NCBI GenBank assembly: GCA_964291225.2
Contig: OZ219781.1
Location: 1,535,353 to 1,559,352, forward strand
Source of the DNA: Arenicellales bacterium
GTDB taxonomy: Bacteria > Pseudomonadota > Gammaproteobacteria > Arenicellales > JAJDZL01
DNA length: 24,000 nt
Reading direction: 5' to 3'
The position numbers were made by a program, and so were the translations under genes. The notes below the pieces were generated by a model. The model worked only from the letters and a program-made list of their open reading frames with translations, ran no database searches and was not told the origin of the DNA. Below are positions 9,482 through 20,227 of this stretch, piece after piece (the first letter of the stretch is position 1; every line of letters starts with the position of its first letter).

Positions 9482-10825
9482 ATGAGAAAAAAACTGTACA
9501 TAGAGACCTTCGGCTGCCAAATGAATGAGTATGATTCGTCGCGGCTTGCCGAATCGCTTGCGCACTCACATGGTTACAGCACCACTCAAGACCCGCTACA
9601 GGCTGATCTTTTACTAATTAACACCTGTTCAGTGAGAGAGAAAGCACAAGAAAAAGTCTACTCCCTGCTTGGTCGCTGGCGACCTTGGAAAACAGACAAT
9701 CCAAATTTGATGATTGGTGTTGGGGGTTGTGTTGCAAGTCAAGAAGGGGAATCAATCTTAGCTAGAGCCCCTGAGGTTGACTTCATATTCGGGCCGCAAA
9801 CCTATCATCGGGTGAGTGAACTCATTGACCAAACTCTGGCCACACGCCAATCGACGATTGATATTACATTTCCAGAGATTGAGAAATTCGACAACCTGCC
9901 GCCGCGCCGCGTCAATGGTCCACGCGCATTTGTGTCAATCATGGAAGGTTGTAGCAAGTATTGCAGTTTTTGTGTCGTGCCATATACTCGCGGTGAAGAA
10001 TACAGTCGCCCCTTTGACAGTGTTATAACAGAGATATTTGAACTGGCACAGCAAGGTGTGCGCGAGGTAACATTGCTTGGACAAAACGTCAACGCTTATA
10101 ACACTATCGGTCCCTATAGCGAAAGACTTGATTTTGCATCGTTACTCAAATATGTAAGTGAAATTGACGGTATTGATCGGATAAGATATACAACTTCTCA
10201 TCCGTTAGAATTTACTGACAATCTCGCCCGCGCGCATTCCGAAATTCCGGCTTTGGCAAAGCATTTGCATCTGCCCGTACAAAGCGGGTCGAATCGCATT
10301 CTAGCGCGTATGAAGCGTCGTTACACACGGGAAGATTATCTGAAAATCATTGACAACGTGCGCTCCTACTGCCCAGACATTTCTATCTCATCTGATTTTA
10401 TTGTTGGATTTCCAGGTGAAACTGAGAGAGATTTCAGTGAGACTATGGCTCTAATTGATACGGTGGGATTTGATCATTCGTTCAGTTTCCTATACAGCTC
10501 CAGGCCAGGCACCCCAGCTGCCAAACTTGAAGACCAGACACCAGACAAAATAAAAAAGCAACGGCTGCATCTGTTGCAGGCACAATTAAAGACTTTGGCC
10601 GCCAATATCAGCGAATCAATGGTCGGTCGCATCGAAAAAGTGCTGGTGGAAGGGAAATCCAAGCGACGGCCTGATCAACTCAGCGGTCGTACTGAAAACA
10701 ACCGAGTAGTTAACTTCAATGGTCAGCAAGACCTGTGCGGCCAGTTCGCTGATGTCCTCATAACCGAATCAATGTCCAATTCATTGCGCGGTCAGCTCGC
10801 CAATACTAACAGTCAGGGAAGTTGA
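9482..10825 (+). CDS. miaB: tRNA-2-methylthio-N6-dimethylallyladenosine synthase (radical-SAM methylthiotransferase)
   Basis: 447 aa. N-terminal [10 protein letters not shown]. Radical-SAM cluster [16 protein letters not shown]-terminal TRAM-like segment. It heads the conserved miaB-ybeZ-ybeY-corC-lnt cluster. Confidence 0.93.
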   Translation: MRKKLYIETFGCQMNEYDSSRLAESLAHSHGYSTTQDPLQADLLLINTCSVREKAQEKVYSLLGRWRPWKTDNPNLMIGVGGCVASQEGESILARAPEVDFIFGPQTYHRVSELIDQTLATRQSTIDITFPEIEKFDNLPPRRVNGPRAFVSIMEGCSKYCSFCVVPYTRGEEYSRPFDSVITEIFELAQQGVREVTLLGQNVNAYNTIGPYSERLDFASLLKYVSEIDGIDRIRYTTSHPLEFTDNLARAHSEIPALAKHLHLPVQSGSNRILARMKRRYTREDYLKIIDNVRSYCPDISISSDFIVGFPGETERDFSETMALIDTVGFDHSFSFLYSSRPGTPAAKLEDQTPDKIKKQRLHLLQAQLKTLAANISESMVGRIEKVLVEGKSKRRPDQLSGRTENNRVVNFNGQQDLCGQFADVLITESMSNSLRGQLANTNSQGS

Positions 10826-11820
10826 AACTGACTGAGTCTTCCGACCAATTGAAGACCGCTAAGGTCCCGCACGTATTTGTGCTAACGCCGGCTGACAACA
10901 AGCGGCTAGCGGTGTTGTGTGGCCAGTTTGATGTGAATATCAAATCCATCGAAGGGCACTATGGTGTTCGTCTTTCCAACCGAGGCAATATGTTTCAAGT
11001 TGAAGGTGAAGCATCAGTCGCACAACAGGTCGAATTGGTGCTAAAGGAGCTCTACGCAGAATCCGAAAAACTCGCGGTACTAAGCTCAAATGATATTCAA
11101 AGTGCTATTGCCCGGCTTTCATCGTATTCAGGCGATAGTCGTCAGCTCGCAATCAAAATCCGAAAAAATACCATTCGCGCACGAACTAGAACTCAAGAGA
11201 AATATCTGGCGAGCATGGCAAAAAATTCAATTACTTTAGGAGTCGGCCCGGCTGGCACCGGCAAGACGTATCTCGCAGTGGCTAGCGCAGCGCATGCGCT
11301 TGCGAACGACTCAGTCAGTCGAATTGTATTGGTACGACCGGTGGTTGAAGCCGGTGAAAGAATCGGATTTTTACCAGGTGATATCGAAAAGAAAGTTAAC
11401 CCTTACCTGCGCCCGTTGTATGACGCATTGTATGAAATGTTTGGATTTGAACGCGTCGGACGCTTGCTTGATCGCGGAACCATAGAGCTTGCGCCTCTGG
11501 CATTTATGCGTGGCCGCACTTTAAATGACGCCTTTATCATTCTTGATGAAGCCCAAAACACAACAATAGAACAAATGAAGATGTTTCTGACGCGTATTGG
11601 ATATAACTCACGTGCGGTCATCGCAGGTGACATCACTCAGGTCGATTTGCCGCGCTCAATTCACTCAGGACTTACCCACGCCATTCAGATATTGAAAGAG
11701 ATTCAAGATATCAACATTATTAGCTTTAAAAACCGCGATATTGTGCGACATCCGCTGGTGCAAAAAATTGTCGAAGCTTATGAAAGAAATGAAACCCAGC
11801 ATACAAATGCTACCAAATGA
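10822..11820 (+). CDS. ybeZ: PhoH-like ATPase (YbeZ)
   Basis: 332 aa with a TTG start overlapping the miaB stop by 4 nt. Walker [29 protein letters not shown] and [19 protein letters not shown] are near-identical to remembered E. coli YbeZ segments. Confidence 0.92.
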   Translation: MKLTESSDQLKTAKVPHVFVLTPADNKRLAVLCGQFDVNIKSIEGHYGVRLSNRGNMFQVEGEASVAQQVELVLKELYAESEKLAVLSSNDIQSAIARLSSYSGDSRQLAIKIRKNTIRARTRTQEKYLASMAKNSITLGVGPAGTGKTYLAVASAAHALANDSVSRIVLVRPVVEAGERIGFLPGDIEKKVNPYLRPLYDALYEMFGFERVGRLLDRGTIELAPLAFMRGRTLNDAFIILDEAQNTTIEQMKMFLTRIGYNSRAVIAGDITQVDLPRSIHSGLTHAIQILKEIQDINIISFKNRDIVRHPLVQKIVEAYERNETQHTNATK

Positions 11821-12296
11821 CTTACTCGGCCCAAATTCAATTTGCGACGTCTTCGACGGATATTCCCAGTGAATCTGATATTGACGACTGGATACGAGAG
11901 ACACTTCACCACCTAAATTGCAAAGAATCTGAGTTGACAATTCGCATTGTTGATGAACCTGAAATAGTTCACCTGAATGCAACCTATAGAAAACAAAACA
12001 AGTCAACTGATGTACTTGCATTCCCTGTAAATCTTCCAGATGCAATTAACTCATACTTATTAGGCGACGTAGTTGTTTGTGCCGATGTTATTAATAAAGC
12101 AGCGACAGAAATAGGCGCCTTGCCAAACGCACACTGGGCGCGAATCATTGCGCACGGTATACTCCACCTTTGCGGGCATAGTCATAACGAAACAGCAGAC
12201 ACACTCAATATGGAGGCGGTCGAAGCTGAGATTTTGCATCGATTGGGTTTTGACCATCCAGATTTTAGCAACTCACAGTATCATGGCACTACCTGA
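11817..12296 (+). CDS. ybeY: Endoribonuclease YbeY (16S rRNA maturation)
   Basis: 159 aa. Zinc-binding motif HGILHLCGHSH. ATGA overlap with the ybeZ stop. Confidence 0.92.
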   Translation: MTYSAQIQFATSSTDIPSESDIDDWIRETLHHLNCKESELTIRIVDEPEIVHLNATYRKQNKSTDVLAFPVNLPDAINSYLLGDVVVCADVINKAATEIGALPNAHWARIIAHGILHLCGHSHNETADTLNMEAVEAEILHRLGFDHPDFSNSQYHGTT

Positions 12297-13149
12297 TTAC
12301 TTACCAAAATCGCTAATCCACCGCATACGCACAGTGATTGGCAGAAAAATTCTCCCGCCACCAACATCCAAACAAGAATTGATTGAAGTTGTTCGCGCGG
12401 CCGGTCGCAACAAGCTCATCAGTCCTAGTGTGCAATCGATCATTGAACGAGTTGTCTGTAGCTCCGATTTGCAAGTGCGCGATGTAATGATCCCGCGGCT
12501 AAGCATGATCACTATCGATTTAGAGTCCTCATTAGATGATATCTTGAAAATCGTCACTGAATCTGGACATTCAAGATTTCCAGTTTTCAGCGAAAGCTCT
12601 GATCACGATGCCAAAGGAATCCTGCTAGCCAAAGATATCTTGCATCATCACAGCCAAAATGGAGATCAAGAGTTTAACTTGTTTGATTCGATCCGACAAC
12701 CGGTATTTGTGCCGGAAAGCATGCGGCTTGATACCTTACTCAAACGATTCCAAGAGACCCGTAGCCACATGGCTATTGTCATGAATGAATACAAAGGCAT
12801 TCATGGGCTCGTTACCATTGAAGATGTGCTTGAAGAGATTGTCGGTGAAATTGAAGATGAGTCAGATTTTATGGCTGATGACATGATCACAAAATCTTCA
12901 GAGAATGTTTTCATGGTCAATGCACAAACTGAGATTAAGGAGTTTAACAGCTATTTCAATTCTAAATTAGACGAAGATGTTGACACAATAGGAGGAGCTA
13001 TACTCAAAATTGCAGGAAAAGTCCCGAATGTGGGAGACCAATTCGAACATCACGGATTCACATTTGGAGTTGCAACCGCAGATGAGAGACGACTACTTTC
13101 CTTGCGTGTCAATCCACCAGCAAACCAATCCAACAATACAGCCACTTAG
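12283..13149 (+). CDS. corC: CorC/YbeX-family Mg/Co efflux-associated protein (CBS pair plus CorC_HlyC domain)
   Basis: I chose the ATG at 12283 (288 aa, the size of E. coli CorC), which overlaps the ybeY end by 14 nt. The ORF-track start at 12148 would run through ybeY. Also supported by the VRDVMIPR CBS-domain entry, the HMAIVMNEYKG..GLVTIEDVLEEIVGEIEDE motif, and its conserved position before lnt. Confidence 0.88.
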   Translation: MALPDYLPKSLIHRIRTVIGRKILPPPTSKQELIEVVRAAGRNKLISPSVQSIIERVVCSSDLQVRDVMIPRLSMITIDLESSLDDILKIVTESGHSRFPVFSESSDHDAKGILLAKDILHHHSQNGDQEFNLFDSIRQPVFVPESMRLDTLLKRFQETRSHMAIVMNEYKGIHGLVTIEDVLEEIVGEIEDESDFMADDMITKSSENVFMVNAQTEIKEFNSYFNSKLDEDVDTIGGAILKIAGKVPNVGDQFEHHGFTFGVATADERRLLSLRVNPPANQSNNTAT

Positions 13150-14664
13150 ATGCGCAAACCAAATCTGGTTGACAAAACACTTGGTTTGCGCAAGTGGCTA
13201 ATCAGCATTGGATTCGGTCTTGGCTTACTTACAAATCTGTCTTTCGCGCCGTTTGGATTTTATTTTTTGATAGTGATTACTCTTGGTATATTGTTCCGAA
13301 TGTGGGCTGTATTACCGGCTGGCCGTTGTGCGTTAGTCGGTTTTGTATTTGGTTTGGGTCTCTACGGGGTTGGTGTTAGCTGGATTTACATTAGCCTCCA
13401 TGAATTCGGTGGCGCTCACCCTGCTTTGGCTACTGCCTTGGTGTTTACACTAGCTGTTGTTCTCTCCCTGCTTATTGGCATTGTTGGTTACACTCAAGCC
13501 AAGATACCGGCTTCTGCCCGGTGGCATTTTTTGTTGTTGTTACCAGCATTGTGGGTTTTTGTAGAATGGATTAGAAGCTGGATATTCACTGGCTTCCCTT
13601 GGCTGTATGCCGGATACACGCAAACTGACAGCTGGTTGGGCAGTTTTGCACCAGTGTTTGGTGTGTACGGTTCTAGTTTTGTGGTTTGCTTCATAGCCGG
13701 GCTAATAGCGTTGCTGTTTATTGAGGGAATTAAGTCTAAATTTTGCTATACGTTTTTTATCGTTGCATTGGGTGTCAGTTTTGCACTTGACCAAGTGAAT
13801 TGGATTGACACTCATGAACAACCGATTCGCGTTTCGATTATTCAAGGTGACATTGATATTGCAGACAAATGGAATGCAAATGAGGTACATAAACATCTAG
13901 CCTTTTATGTCAATGAAAGCCGAAATCAAGTCAATAGCGACCTAGTGATTTGGCCAGAAATTGCACTTCCATACGCCACATCCAAGCTTGAGAAATTAAG
14001 GCTTTGGAAACTGCTTTCAGAGCTGCCGCAAGACTATTTGATTGGAGCTCTAGAAGACAAAGACACAAATGAGGGACTTGTCTACTACAACAGTGCCATT
14101 GGGGTTACTGACGAACCCAGCATTCAAATCTACCGCAAGAAACATCTAGTACCTTTTGGAGAGTTCACACCATTTCGTAAGTTGTTAGGCTGGCTTGAGT
14201 CTTACATTCTTATTCCGGCATCAGACATGTTACGCTACAATTTGCCGCAAAGTCCTCTCAAATTAGCTGGCCAACTTGCTGGTATTTCAATCTGTTATGA
14301 AGATGCGTTTTCCAATTCAGTGCGGTCCATGCTCCCAGAAGCAAGCTATCTCATCAATATCAGCGAAGATGCGTGGTTCGGTACGCGCCTAGCCCCTCAC
14401 CAACGTTTGCAAATATCCAAAATGAGAGCCATCGAAAACGCGCGGCCTGTATTAAGGGCGGCTAATCAAGGTATTTCAGCGTCTATTGATCACCAAGGGA
14501 AGGTAATTGACCAACTTCCGCAATCTGAGGGCAAAGTATTACAGACTGTGATTGTACCAGTAACTGGAACAACACCGTATGTGGCATTTGGTGCTTTCCC
14601 AATTTTGACAATATGTGTTATTGGCATTGCCATACCTTTGTTACGGCGTTATTATTCGATTTAA
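13150..14664 (+). CDS. lnt: Apolipoprotein N-acyltransferase
   Basis: 504 aa. Multi-pass hydrophobic N-terminal half. C-terminal CN-hydrolase domain with WPE and the catalytic-Cys motif ISICYEDAF. The start abuts the corC stop. Confidence 0.9.
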   Translation: MRKPNLVDKTLGLRKWLISIGFGLGLLTNLSFAPFGFYFLIVITLGILFRMWAVLPAGRCALVGFVFGLGLYGVGVSWIYISLHEFGGAHPALATALVFTLAVVLSLLIGIVGYTQAKIPASARWHFLLLLPALWVFVEWIRSWIFTGFPWLYAGYTQTDSWLGSFAPVFGVYGSSFVVCFIAGLIALLFIEGIKSKFCYTFFIVALGVSFALDQVNWIDTHEQPIRVSIIQGDIDIADKWNANEVHKHLAFYVNESRNQVNSDLVIWPEIALPYATSKLEKLRLWKLLSELPQDYLIGALEDKDTNEGLVYYNSAIGVTDEPSIQIYRKKHLVPFGEFTPFRKLLGWLESYILIPASDMLRYNLPQSPLKLAGQLAGISICYEDAFSNSVRSMLPEASYLINISEDAWFGTRLAPHQRLQISKMRAIENARPVLRAANQGISASIDHQGKVIDQLPQSEGKVLQTVIVPVTGTTPYVAFGAFPILTICVIGIAIPLLRRYYSI

Positions 14665-15186
14665 ATTAGTTTGCACCAAATTAATATATGTTTGTTGCAA
14701 TTTACCAAGCATCATCCCGGACAGGTGGCGCAGTTGGTAATTTCACCCGCGTATCCTAATGTGCCATCTGAGACCATACCCAAGGCACAAAGCCATCAAA
14801 ACACAAAGAACATGGTCATTTGACGCATGATTTCCGCGACCTAGATGCTGCCTTCTTAACCACCTAACACAAAATACCACTCTGATTGACAGTTCTCTAT
14901 ATCCTTGCAAGTGGCTCACTAGGGTAAACTGCTTTTCGGCAGGATATTTCGCAACTGCTACTGACCAAACCCGAAATATAGTCAGAAACACGACATTCAA
15001 ATTGAATGATATAACAGATATACCATAAACTAACTACCCCAAGAACTATGACCATTCAACTATCTGCTTGGCAGTCAAAAACGAAAGCTAAGCTTCAAGT
15101 TCAAGAAGCCTGAACTTAATGCGTGTGGCCTACTTACCGATCGTACCAGATTAGGGTTTAAAACGTAGGATACATCACACCAATCT

Positions 15187-16533
15187 TCAAACCAAAACTA
15201 AGGCTCCGATCCCAAGAATCGCCAAAAAACCAACAACATCAGTGATGGTCGTCAACGCAACCCCAGCTGCCAGCGCTGGGTCAACACCGATTTTCTGAAG
15301 CATCACCGGCAAATACACACCAGAAATCGCAGATACAACTATATTGACTGCCATAGCCAAACCTACAATAAATGCCAACCCATAGTTTCCGTACCAAACT
15401 GCCGAAACGATTGCAACCACAAGGGCCCAAATTAAACCATTCAGCCCGCCAACTAGCAATTCCTTTATCAGCACGTCTCTCACATTCGACCCGGTTATCG
15501 TGCCAACACTTAATCCGCGTATCACTTTAGTCAAGGTTTGTACACCGGCATTCCCACCCATACTGGCAATAATCGGCATCAATACTGCTAGCGCGACAAG
15601 CTTTTCAATGGTTGCCTCAAAAATCCCGATCACAAGTGATGCAAAAACTGCAGTAATCAGATTCACTCCAAGCCAAAGTGCTCGGCGCCTAGTTGTATAG
15701 AGTACTGGTGCGAACATGTCGTCTTCTTCATCCAAACCGGCTGGCGCAAGAAAAGTTCGATCAGCTGACTCCTGAATTACGTCAACGACATCATCAACAG
15801 TAATTCGACCAAGCAGTATGCCATCTTCGTTAACAACTGGCGCTGTTGCCAGATCGTAGCGTTGAAATATTTTAGCTACATCCTCAGCAGAATCGGTTGG
15901 TAAAAAACGAACTGTATCCTCCTCCATACAATCAGTAATTTGAGCGTCCAAATTGGCAGTCACCAGCTTACGAATCAATACAGAACCGATGAAAATACCC
16001 CGCCTATCAAGCACATAGAGCTTATCTGTATACTCAGGCAATTCACCCCGAGCACGCAAATAACGCATGATAACACCAACAGAAACTCCTTCCCGCACAA
16101 CAGCCGTATCAGTGTTCATCAAACGACCAGCCGTGTCTGCCTCGTATGAGAGGACAGTATCTAGGCTTTTTCTGCGCTCCTCATCAAGCGTAACCAGCAC
16201 ATCTGCTGCCGCCCTTGAAGACAACCTAGGCACAATTTCTGCAATCTCGTCTATATCGAGAGACTGAACAACACGCACCAATGTACGCGGATCCATATCA
16301 GCTACAAGATTCTCTTGAACCTTGTCAGACAAATTAATCAACAACTCACCCATATCTGATTCAGGCACTTCAAACCAGATAGATTTCCGCTCCTCAGCCG
16401 GTAAACTTTCTAGCACTTCGGCCAAATCTGCGGCGTGCAGCTCATGTATATAACCGCGCAGGTCACTGGCAACACCGTGTTCTAGATGTTCAAGCAGATT
16501 GTCTCGGATGGTGGTGAGTTCAGAGGTCGCCAT
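15187..16533 (-). CDS. mgtE: Magnesium transporter MgtE
   Basis: 448 aa. MgtE N-domain (HAADLAEVLESLP), CBS pair, and a C-terminal five-helix membrane domain (GNAGVQTLT, TDVVGF). Confidence 0.92.
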   Translation of the reverse strand: MATSELTTIRDNLLEHLEHGVASDLRGYIHELHAADLAEVLESLPAEERKSIWFEVPESDMGELLINLSDKVQENLVADMDPRTLVRVVQSLDIDEIAEIVPRLSSRAAADVLVTLDEERRKSLDTVLSYEADTAGRLMNTDTAVVREGVSVGVIMRYLRARGELPEYTDKLYVLDRRGIFIGSVLIRKLVTANLDAQITDCMEEDTVRFLPTDSAEDVAKIFQRYDLATAPVVNEDGILLGRITVDDVVDVIQESADRTFLAPAGLDEEDDMFAPVLYTTRRRALWLGVNLITAVFASLVIGIFEATIEKLVALAVLMPIIASMGGNAGVQTLTKVIRGLSVGTITGSNVRDVLIKELLVGGLNGLIWALVVAIVSAVWYGNYGLAFIVGLAMAVNIVVSAISGVYLPVMLQKIGVDPALAAGVALTTITDVVGFLAILGIGALVLV

Positions 16534-16560
16534 GGCTAAATTGAAAGATTCTCAGACATG

Positions 16561-16584
16561 AAAAAAACTGACCTTGCAATAAGG
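16561..16584 (-). terminator. Weak hairpin plus T7 run between the Enzyme I gene and mgtE (terminator or leader attenuator)
   Basis: The minus strand reads ccttattgcaagg (16584-16572), then tcag, then ttttttt (16567-16561), ending 27 nt before the mgtE ATG. The stem is only 4-5 bp. Confidence 0.25.
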
Positions 16585-16725
16585 CAATAACATAGTTTAA
16601 CACACTTAATAAGAGTGCAGGGCTGGTTTGAGTCAACCAAGGTTCATCCAACAACAGTTGAGGAGGGAGTGAAATGAAGCTGAAAGTCAGATGGAATTGA
16701 ACCGTCTCCAACAGCAATCAAAAGA

Positions 16726-18471
16726 TTAGGATACCGTTTCTTGGTTCATTTGCTGTAATAGCTTCATCCGATCTTGCGAGTTGGATAATCCCATCATTTG
16801 TTCAACATACCGCGCTGATTCACTTATCCAACTTGATCGAATACATTGCTTCACAGCCGGCAACGCTCCAGAGTCCATGCTAAAAACTTTCAGTCCCATG
16901 CCTAGCAAGAGCCGCGTATACATCGGATCGCTTGCCATTTCACCACAAAGGGACACCGGTTTGCCAAATTTATTGCCAGCAACAATCACATTGCGTATTA
17001 ATCTTAGAATGGATGAATGCAATGGATCATATAGATAATTGACCTCGTCATCAACACGGTCGATTGCCAATGTATACTGAATGAGATCGTTGGTTCCAAT
17101 AGACAAAAAGTCAAGTCTTTCGGCAAATTCATCGGCGCTGATAGCAGCTGCGGGCACCTCTATCATACCGCCTATTGGCACTGTAGGATCATACATCATG
17201 TTATCTTCATTAAGCTCACGCTTTACTAGGTTGATGATAGCATGAACTTCATCTATTTCATCAAGGTTCGATAGCATCGGAATCATGCACTTCACGTTAC
17301 CAAAGACCGATGCCCTGTAGATTGCTCGCAACTGAGTTCGAAACATATCTGTTGAACGCAGGCAAAAGCGAACGGCACGAATTCCAAGCGCAGGGTTAGT
17401 CGCTACCTTACCCTGTCTGCGCCCACCGTCAACCTGTTTATCAGCACCAAGATCAAGTGTTCGTATTGTCACTTGATTAAGTTCTTTGACAACTCTCGCA
17501 TAGGCCTCAAACTGTTCTTGCTCACTCGGCAAATGCAACCGATTCATAAACAAATATTCGGTACGATAAAGACCGACGCCGCTTGCCCCGCAATCTTGAG
17601 CTGACTGAATATCCTCCGGCAACTCAACATTGGCAAGAAGCATGATATCCTCACCATCAAGTGTCCGTGCAGGAACATCTCGCAGAGATTGAAGTTGCCT
17701 TTGATTGGCATGATATTCATACTGACGCGCTTTGAGTTCAGTTAAGGTCTGCTCATCAGGATTTACGATTACTTCACCATTTAAGCTGTCAACTGCGATC
17801 AGTGAACCGTGTGCAATATGCCTGACTGCACCATGCAAACCAACTACTGCTGGAATCTTGAGGCTGCCGGCAAGAATAGCGACATGCGAGATACGGCTAC
17901 CGAGATTGGTGACAAATGCACTCATACCCATTTTCATAAAGCGCACTGTGTCAGCTGGTGTCAAGTCATGGGCAACTAGGATACAACCACTAAGATCAGA
18001 CTCATCTCCATTTGTGCCTTCGGCATCTTGATTGACTAGCAACTGGTGTTGTATCTGCTGAATTACTTGATCGACATCGTCTTTCTTGCTTCGCAGATAC
18101 TCATCCTTGACATTCTCAAACACCTCCGCGAGCTGGTTGCGATGTATCGTCAACGCCGACTCAGCTCCAAAACAATCTCGCTCCATGATTTCAACCGTCG
18201 CCTCGCGCAAACTCGGATCATTGACCATCAGAATATGCGCATCTAGGAAAGCCTTGATATCTTTGGGCGCGCTTGCCGGAATCTCACTTCGGGTGTTTTC
18301 CAAGCTTTCAGATGTTTTTTGCAGCGCTAGATCAAACTGGGCAACCTCGTCAGGAATTTGCTCACGGCTGATGCGCCTCGCAACTCCGCCAACCACTGAA
18401 CGCTGGATGACATATGCGTTTCCAATAGCAATTCCACCACCTACTCCAGCACCAGGCAACGAGAACATCAT
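16726..18471 (-). CDS. ptsI: Phosphoenolpyruvate-protein phosphotransferase (PTS Enzyme I) without an N-terminal GAF domain
   Basis: 581 aa. Phospho-His region LGSRISHVAILAGSLKIPAVVG. PEP-utilising barrel motifs GLYRTEYLF and FLSIGTNDLIQY. Catalytic-Cys segment SLCGEMASDP. The start overlaps the ptsO stop by 4 nt. Confidence 0.88.
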   Translation of the reverse strand: MMFSLPGAGVGGGIAIGNAYVIQRSVVGGVARRISREQIPDEVAQFDLALQKTSESLENTRSEIPASAPKDIKAFLDAHILMVNDPSLREATVEIMERDCFGAESALTIHRNQLAEVFENVKDEYLRSKKDDVDQVIQQIQHQLLVNQDAEGTNGDESDLSGCILVAHDLTPADTVRFMKMGMSAFVTNLGSRISHVAILAGSLKIPAVVGLHGAVRHIAHGSLIAVDSLNGEVIVNPDEQTLTELKARQYEYHANQRQLQSLRDVPARTLDGEDIMLLANVELPEDIQSAQDCGASGVGLYRTEYLFMNRLHLPSEQEQFEAYARVVKELNQVTIRTLDLGADKQVDGGRRQGKVATNPALGIRAVRFCLRSTDMFRTQLRAIYRASVFGNVKCMIPMLSNLDEIDEVHAIINLVKRELNEDNMMYDPTVPIGGMIEVPAAAISADEFAERLDFLSIGTNDLIQYTLAIDRVDDEVNYLYDPLHSSILRLIRNVIVAGNKFGKPVSLCGEMASDPMYTRLLLGMGLKVFSMDSGALPAVKQCIRSSWISESARYVEQMMGLSNSQDRMKLLQQMNQETVS

Positions 18472-18737
18472 TCGCTCTCACCAAATTGATTATTAAAAAT
18501 ATTTTGCATAGCGATAAATGCTTCATCTTCGTCAGCACCATCAACCGAAACAGTTAATGTCATACCCTGAGTTGCAGCTAACATCATCAATCGCATAATA
18601 CCTTTAGCATCTGCCTCCTGATCACCTTTGACTATTTTGATTTTACTCTCGTAGGCCGACGCAGTCTGTACAACCTTAGCAGCGGCCCTAGCGTGCAACC
18701 CAAGCTTGTTCAAAACCTTGACTTCACCAGATATCAT
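18468..18737 (-). CDS. ptsO: HPr-family phosphocarrier (NPr-like)
   Basis: 89 aa. Active-site His in NKLGLHARAAAK. The position equivalent to HPr Ser46 is Gly (ADAKGIMRLM), as expected for NPr-like proteins. It lies directly downstream of rapZ. Confidence 0.85.
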   Translation of the reverse strand: MISGEVKVLNKLGLHARAAAKVVQTASAYESKIKIVKGDQEADAKGIMRLMMLAATQGMTLTVSVDGADEDEAFIAMQNIFNNQFGESE

Positions 18738-18740
18738 GAT

Positions 18741-19625
18741 TCAAACAAGCCCGCTATGTCGTTTTTGCACTTTGACATTCTTTGCTGAGAACTGGTTTAC
18801 AAGCTTCTCAACGACGTAAACAGACCGATGTCGACCACCAGTACAGCCTACAGCAATAATAAGGTATGTGCGCCCTGCTACGTGAAATGAATCTATCCAA
18901 CTGCTTATGAAATCGTCTATTTGATTGATCATTTTGCCAACGGCTGGTTTGGATCTGAAGTACTCCTGTATCTGCCAATCCAGCCCGCTGTAATGCTTCA
19001 AGCTTTCAACCCAGTAAGGATTGGGTAAACACCTGACATCAAACACGAAATCAGCATCCAAAGGTGCACCGCGTTTATAGGCAAACGATTTAAATAACAG
19101 AATTTGCTCACCCATGTTGCCAAGCTTGGCGGCATCTTCTTGAATTAGATGTCGCAGTTCATGTGGTGTCATGTGAGTTGTATCAATATGTTTGGTTGCT
19201 CGTTCTGAGAGCTGCGCTAAAAGATCACGCTCAAGATTAATACTTTCAAGTAAAGGTACCGAATCATCCATCAGTGGGTGCTTGCGTCTAGTCTCGCTAT
19301 AACGCTTGACTAAAACCGATTGTTCCGCATCTAAGAACATAAACTCATAGCTAATGTTCAATTCCTTGAGATCTTTGACACTATCAACAAGTAGATTGAG
19401 AAATGTCTTATTGCGAGAATCAATGCTAATAGCAGCGCGCCGAATTGAAGAATCGGTACTTAAGACATTGCGAGCAAATTGCCCGAGAAGCACAATTGGT
19501 AAATTGTCAACGCAATAGTAACCGAGATCCTCAAGCGCACTGAGTGCAATGGATTTTCCAGATCCTGACAACCCACTGATTATTTTCAGGTGCCTGAGCT
19601 CGTCAGTATTGTTTCTGTTTTTCAT
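18741..19625 (-). CDS. rapZ: RNase adapter protein RapZ (YhbJ)
   Basis: ATG at 19625 chosen over the TTG at 19655. Walker A GLSGSGKS followed by ALSALEDLGYYCVDNLP. C-terminal IAVGCTGGRHRSV. Confidence 0.9.
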   Translation of the reverse strand: MKNRNNTDELRHLKIISGLSGSGKSIALSALEDLGYYCVDNLPIVLLGQFARNVLSTDSSIRRAAISIDSRNKTFLNLLVDSVKDLKELNISYEFMFLDAEQSVLVKRYSETRRKHPLMDDSVPLLESINLERDLLAQLSERATKHIDTTHMTPHELRHLIQEDAAKLGNMGEQILLFKSFAYKRGAPLDADFVFDVRCLPNPYWVESLKHYSGLDWQIQEYFRSKPAVGKMINQIDDFISSWIDSFHVAGRTYLIIAVGCTGGRHRSVYVVEKLVNQFSAKNVKVQKRHSGLV

Positions 19626-19708
19626 CCCTCTTGAGCCATTTGAGCATTTATCCAAAATCCGACCTGATCAACACCTGATTCGGATGGTTCAATAGTACGA
19701 AGAGCAGG

Positions 19709-20227
19709 TCAAACTGAACTATTGTCAAATTTTGTTATCTCGTCGTACATCGCCTCCATATCTTGAGCTTCAATTAAACGACGATGTAAATCCTGATGTA
19801 CGAAACCTCGGGCAAGTTTGGCCAGAATGTTTACATGAACATCAGCGCAATCGGCAGGCACCAACAAACCACATGCCAAATTAACCGGTTTTGCATCTTC
19901 GGCCTGAAGGTCAAGCGGTCTTGACATTCGGATGATAGCGCCAATAGGGTTTGGCAGTCCACTGAGACGCCCATGCGGCAGAACAACACCATTGCCAACA
20001 CATGTGCTACCAAGACTTTCTCTGCTTAGCAATGCTCTGAACACAATATCTTTGTTAATGCTGTAATTATTGTTTTTTGTAAATAGGTTTGACATCACTT
20101 CAAGCATCCGTTTCTTGCTTGAAACCTGAACATCAAGTTCCATGCGATCAATAGAAAACACATCTTTGAGCCGAGCCTTCGATGATGCAGACTCGGCTGA
20201 AGAAACATCTTCAATATTACCATTCAT
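19709..20227 (-). CDS. ptsN: Nitrogen-regulatory PTS EIIA (EIIA-Ntr)
   Basis: 172 aa. PTS EIIA type-2 features with the phosphorylatable His in GVVLPHGRL. ATGA overlap with the hpf stop. Canonical position after hpf. Confidence 0.88.
   Translation of the reverse strand: MNGNIEDVSSAESASSKARLKDVFSIDRMELDVQVSSKKRMLEVMSNLFTKNNNYSINKDIVFRALLSRESLGSTCVGNGVVLPHGRLSGLPNPIGAIIRMSRPLDLQAEDAKPVNLACGLLVPADCADVHVNILAKLARGFVHQDLHRRLIEAQDMEAMYDEITKFDNSSV

Noticed and set aside
14727-14739. ggcgcagttggta looks like a tRNA D-arm
   Set aside because: There is no closing D-stem, anticodon arm, T-arm (GGTTCGA-type) or acceptor pairing, so it is not a tRNA gene. It is kept only as a possible relic in the finding for this gap.
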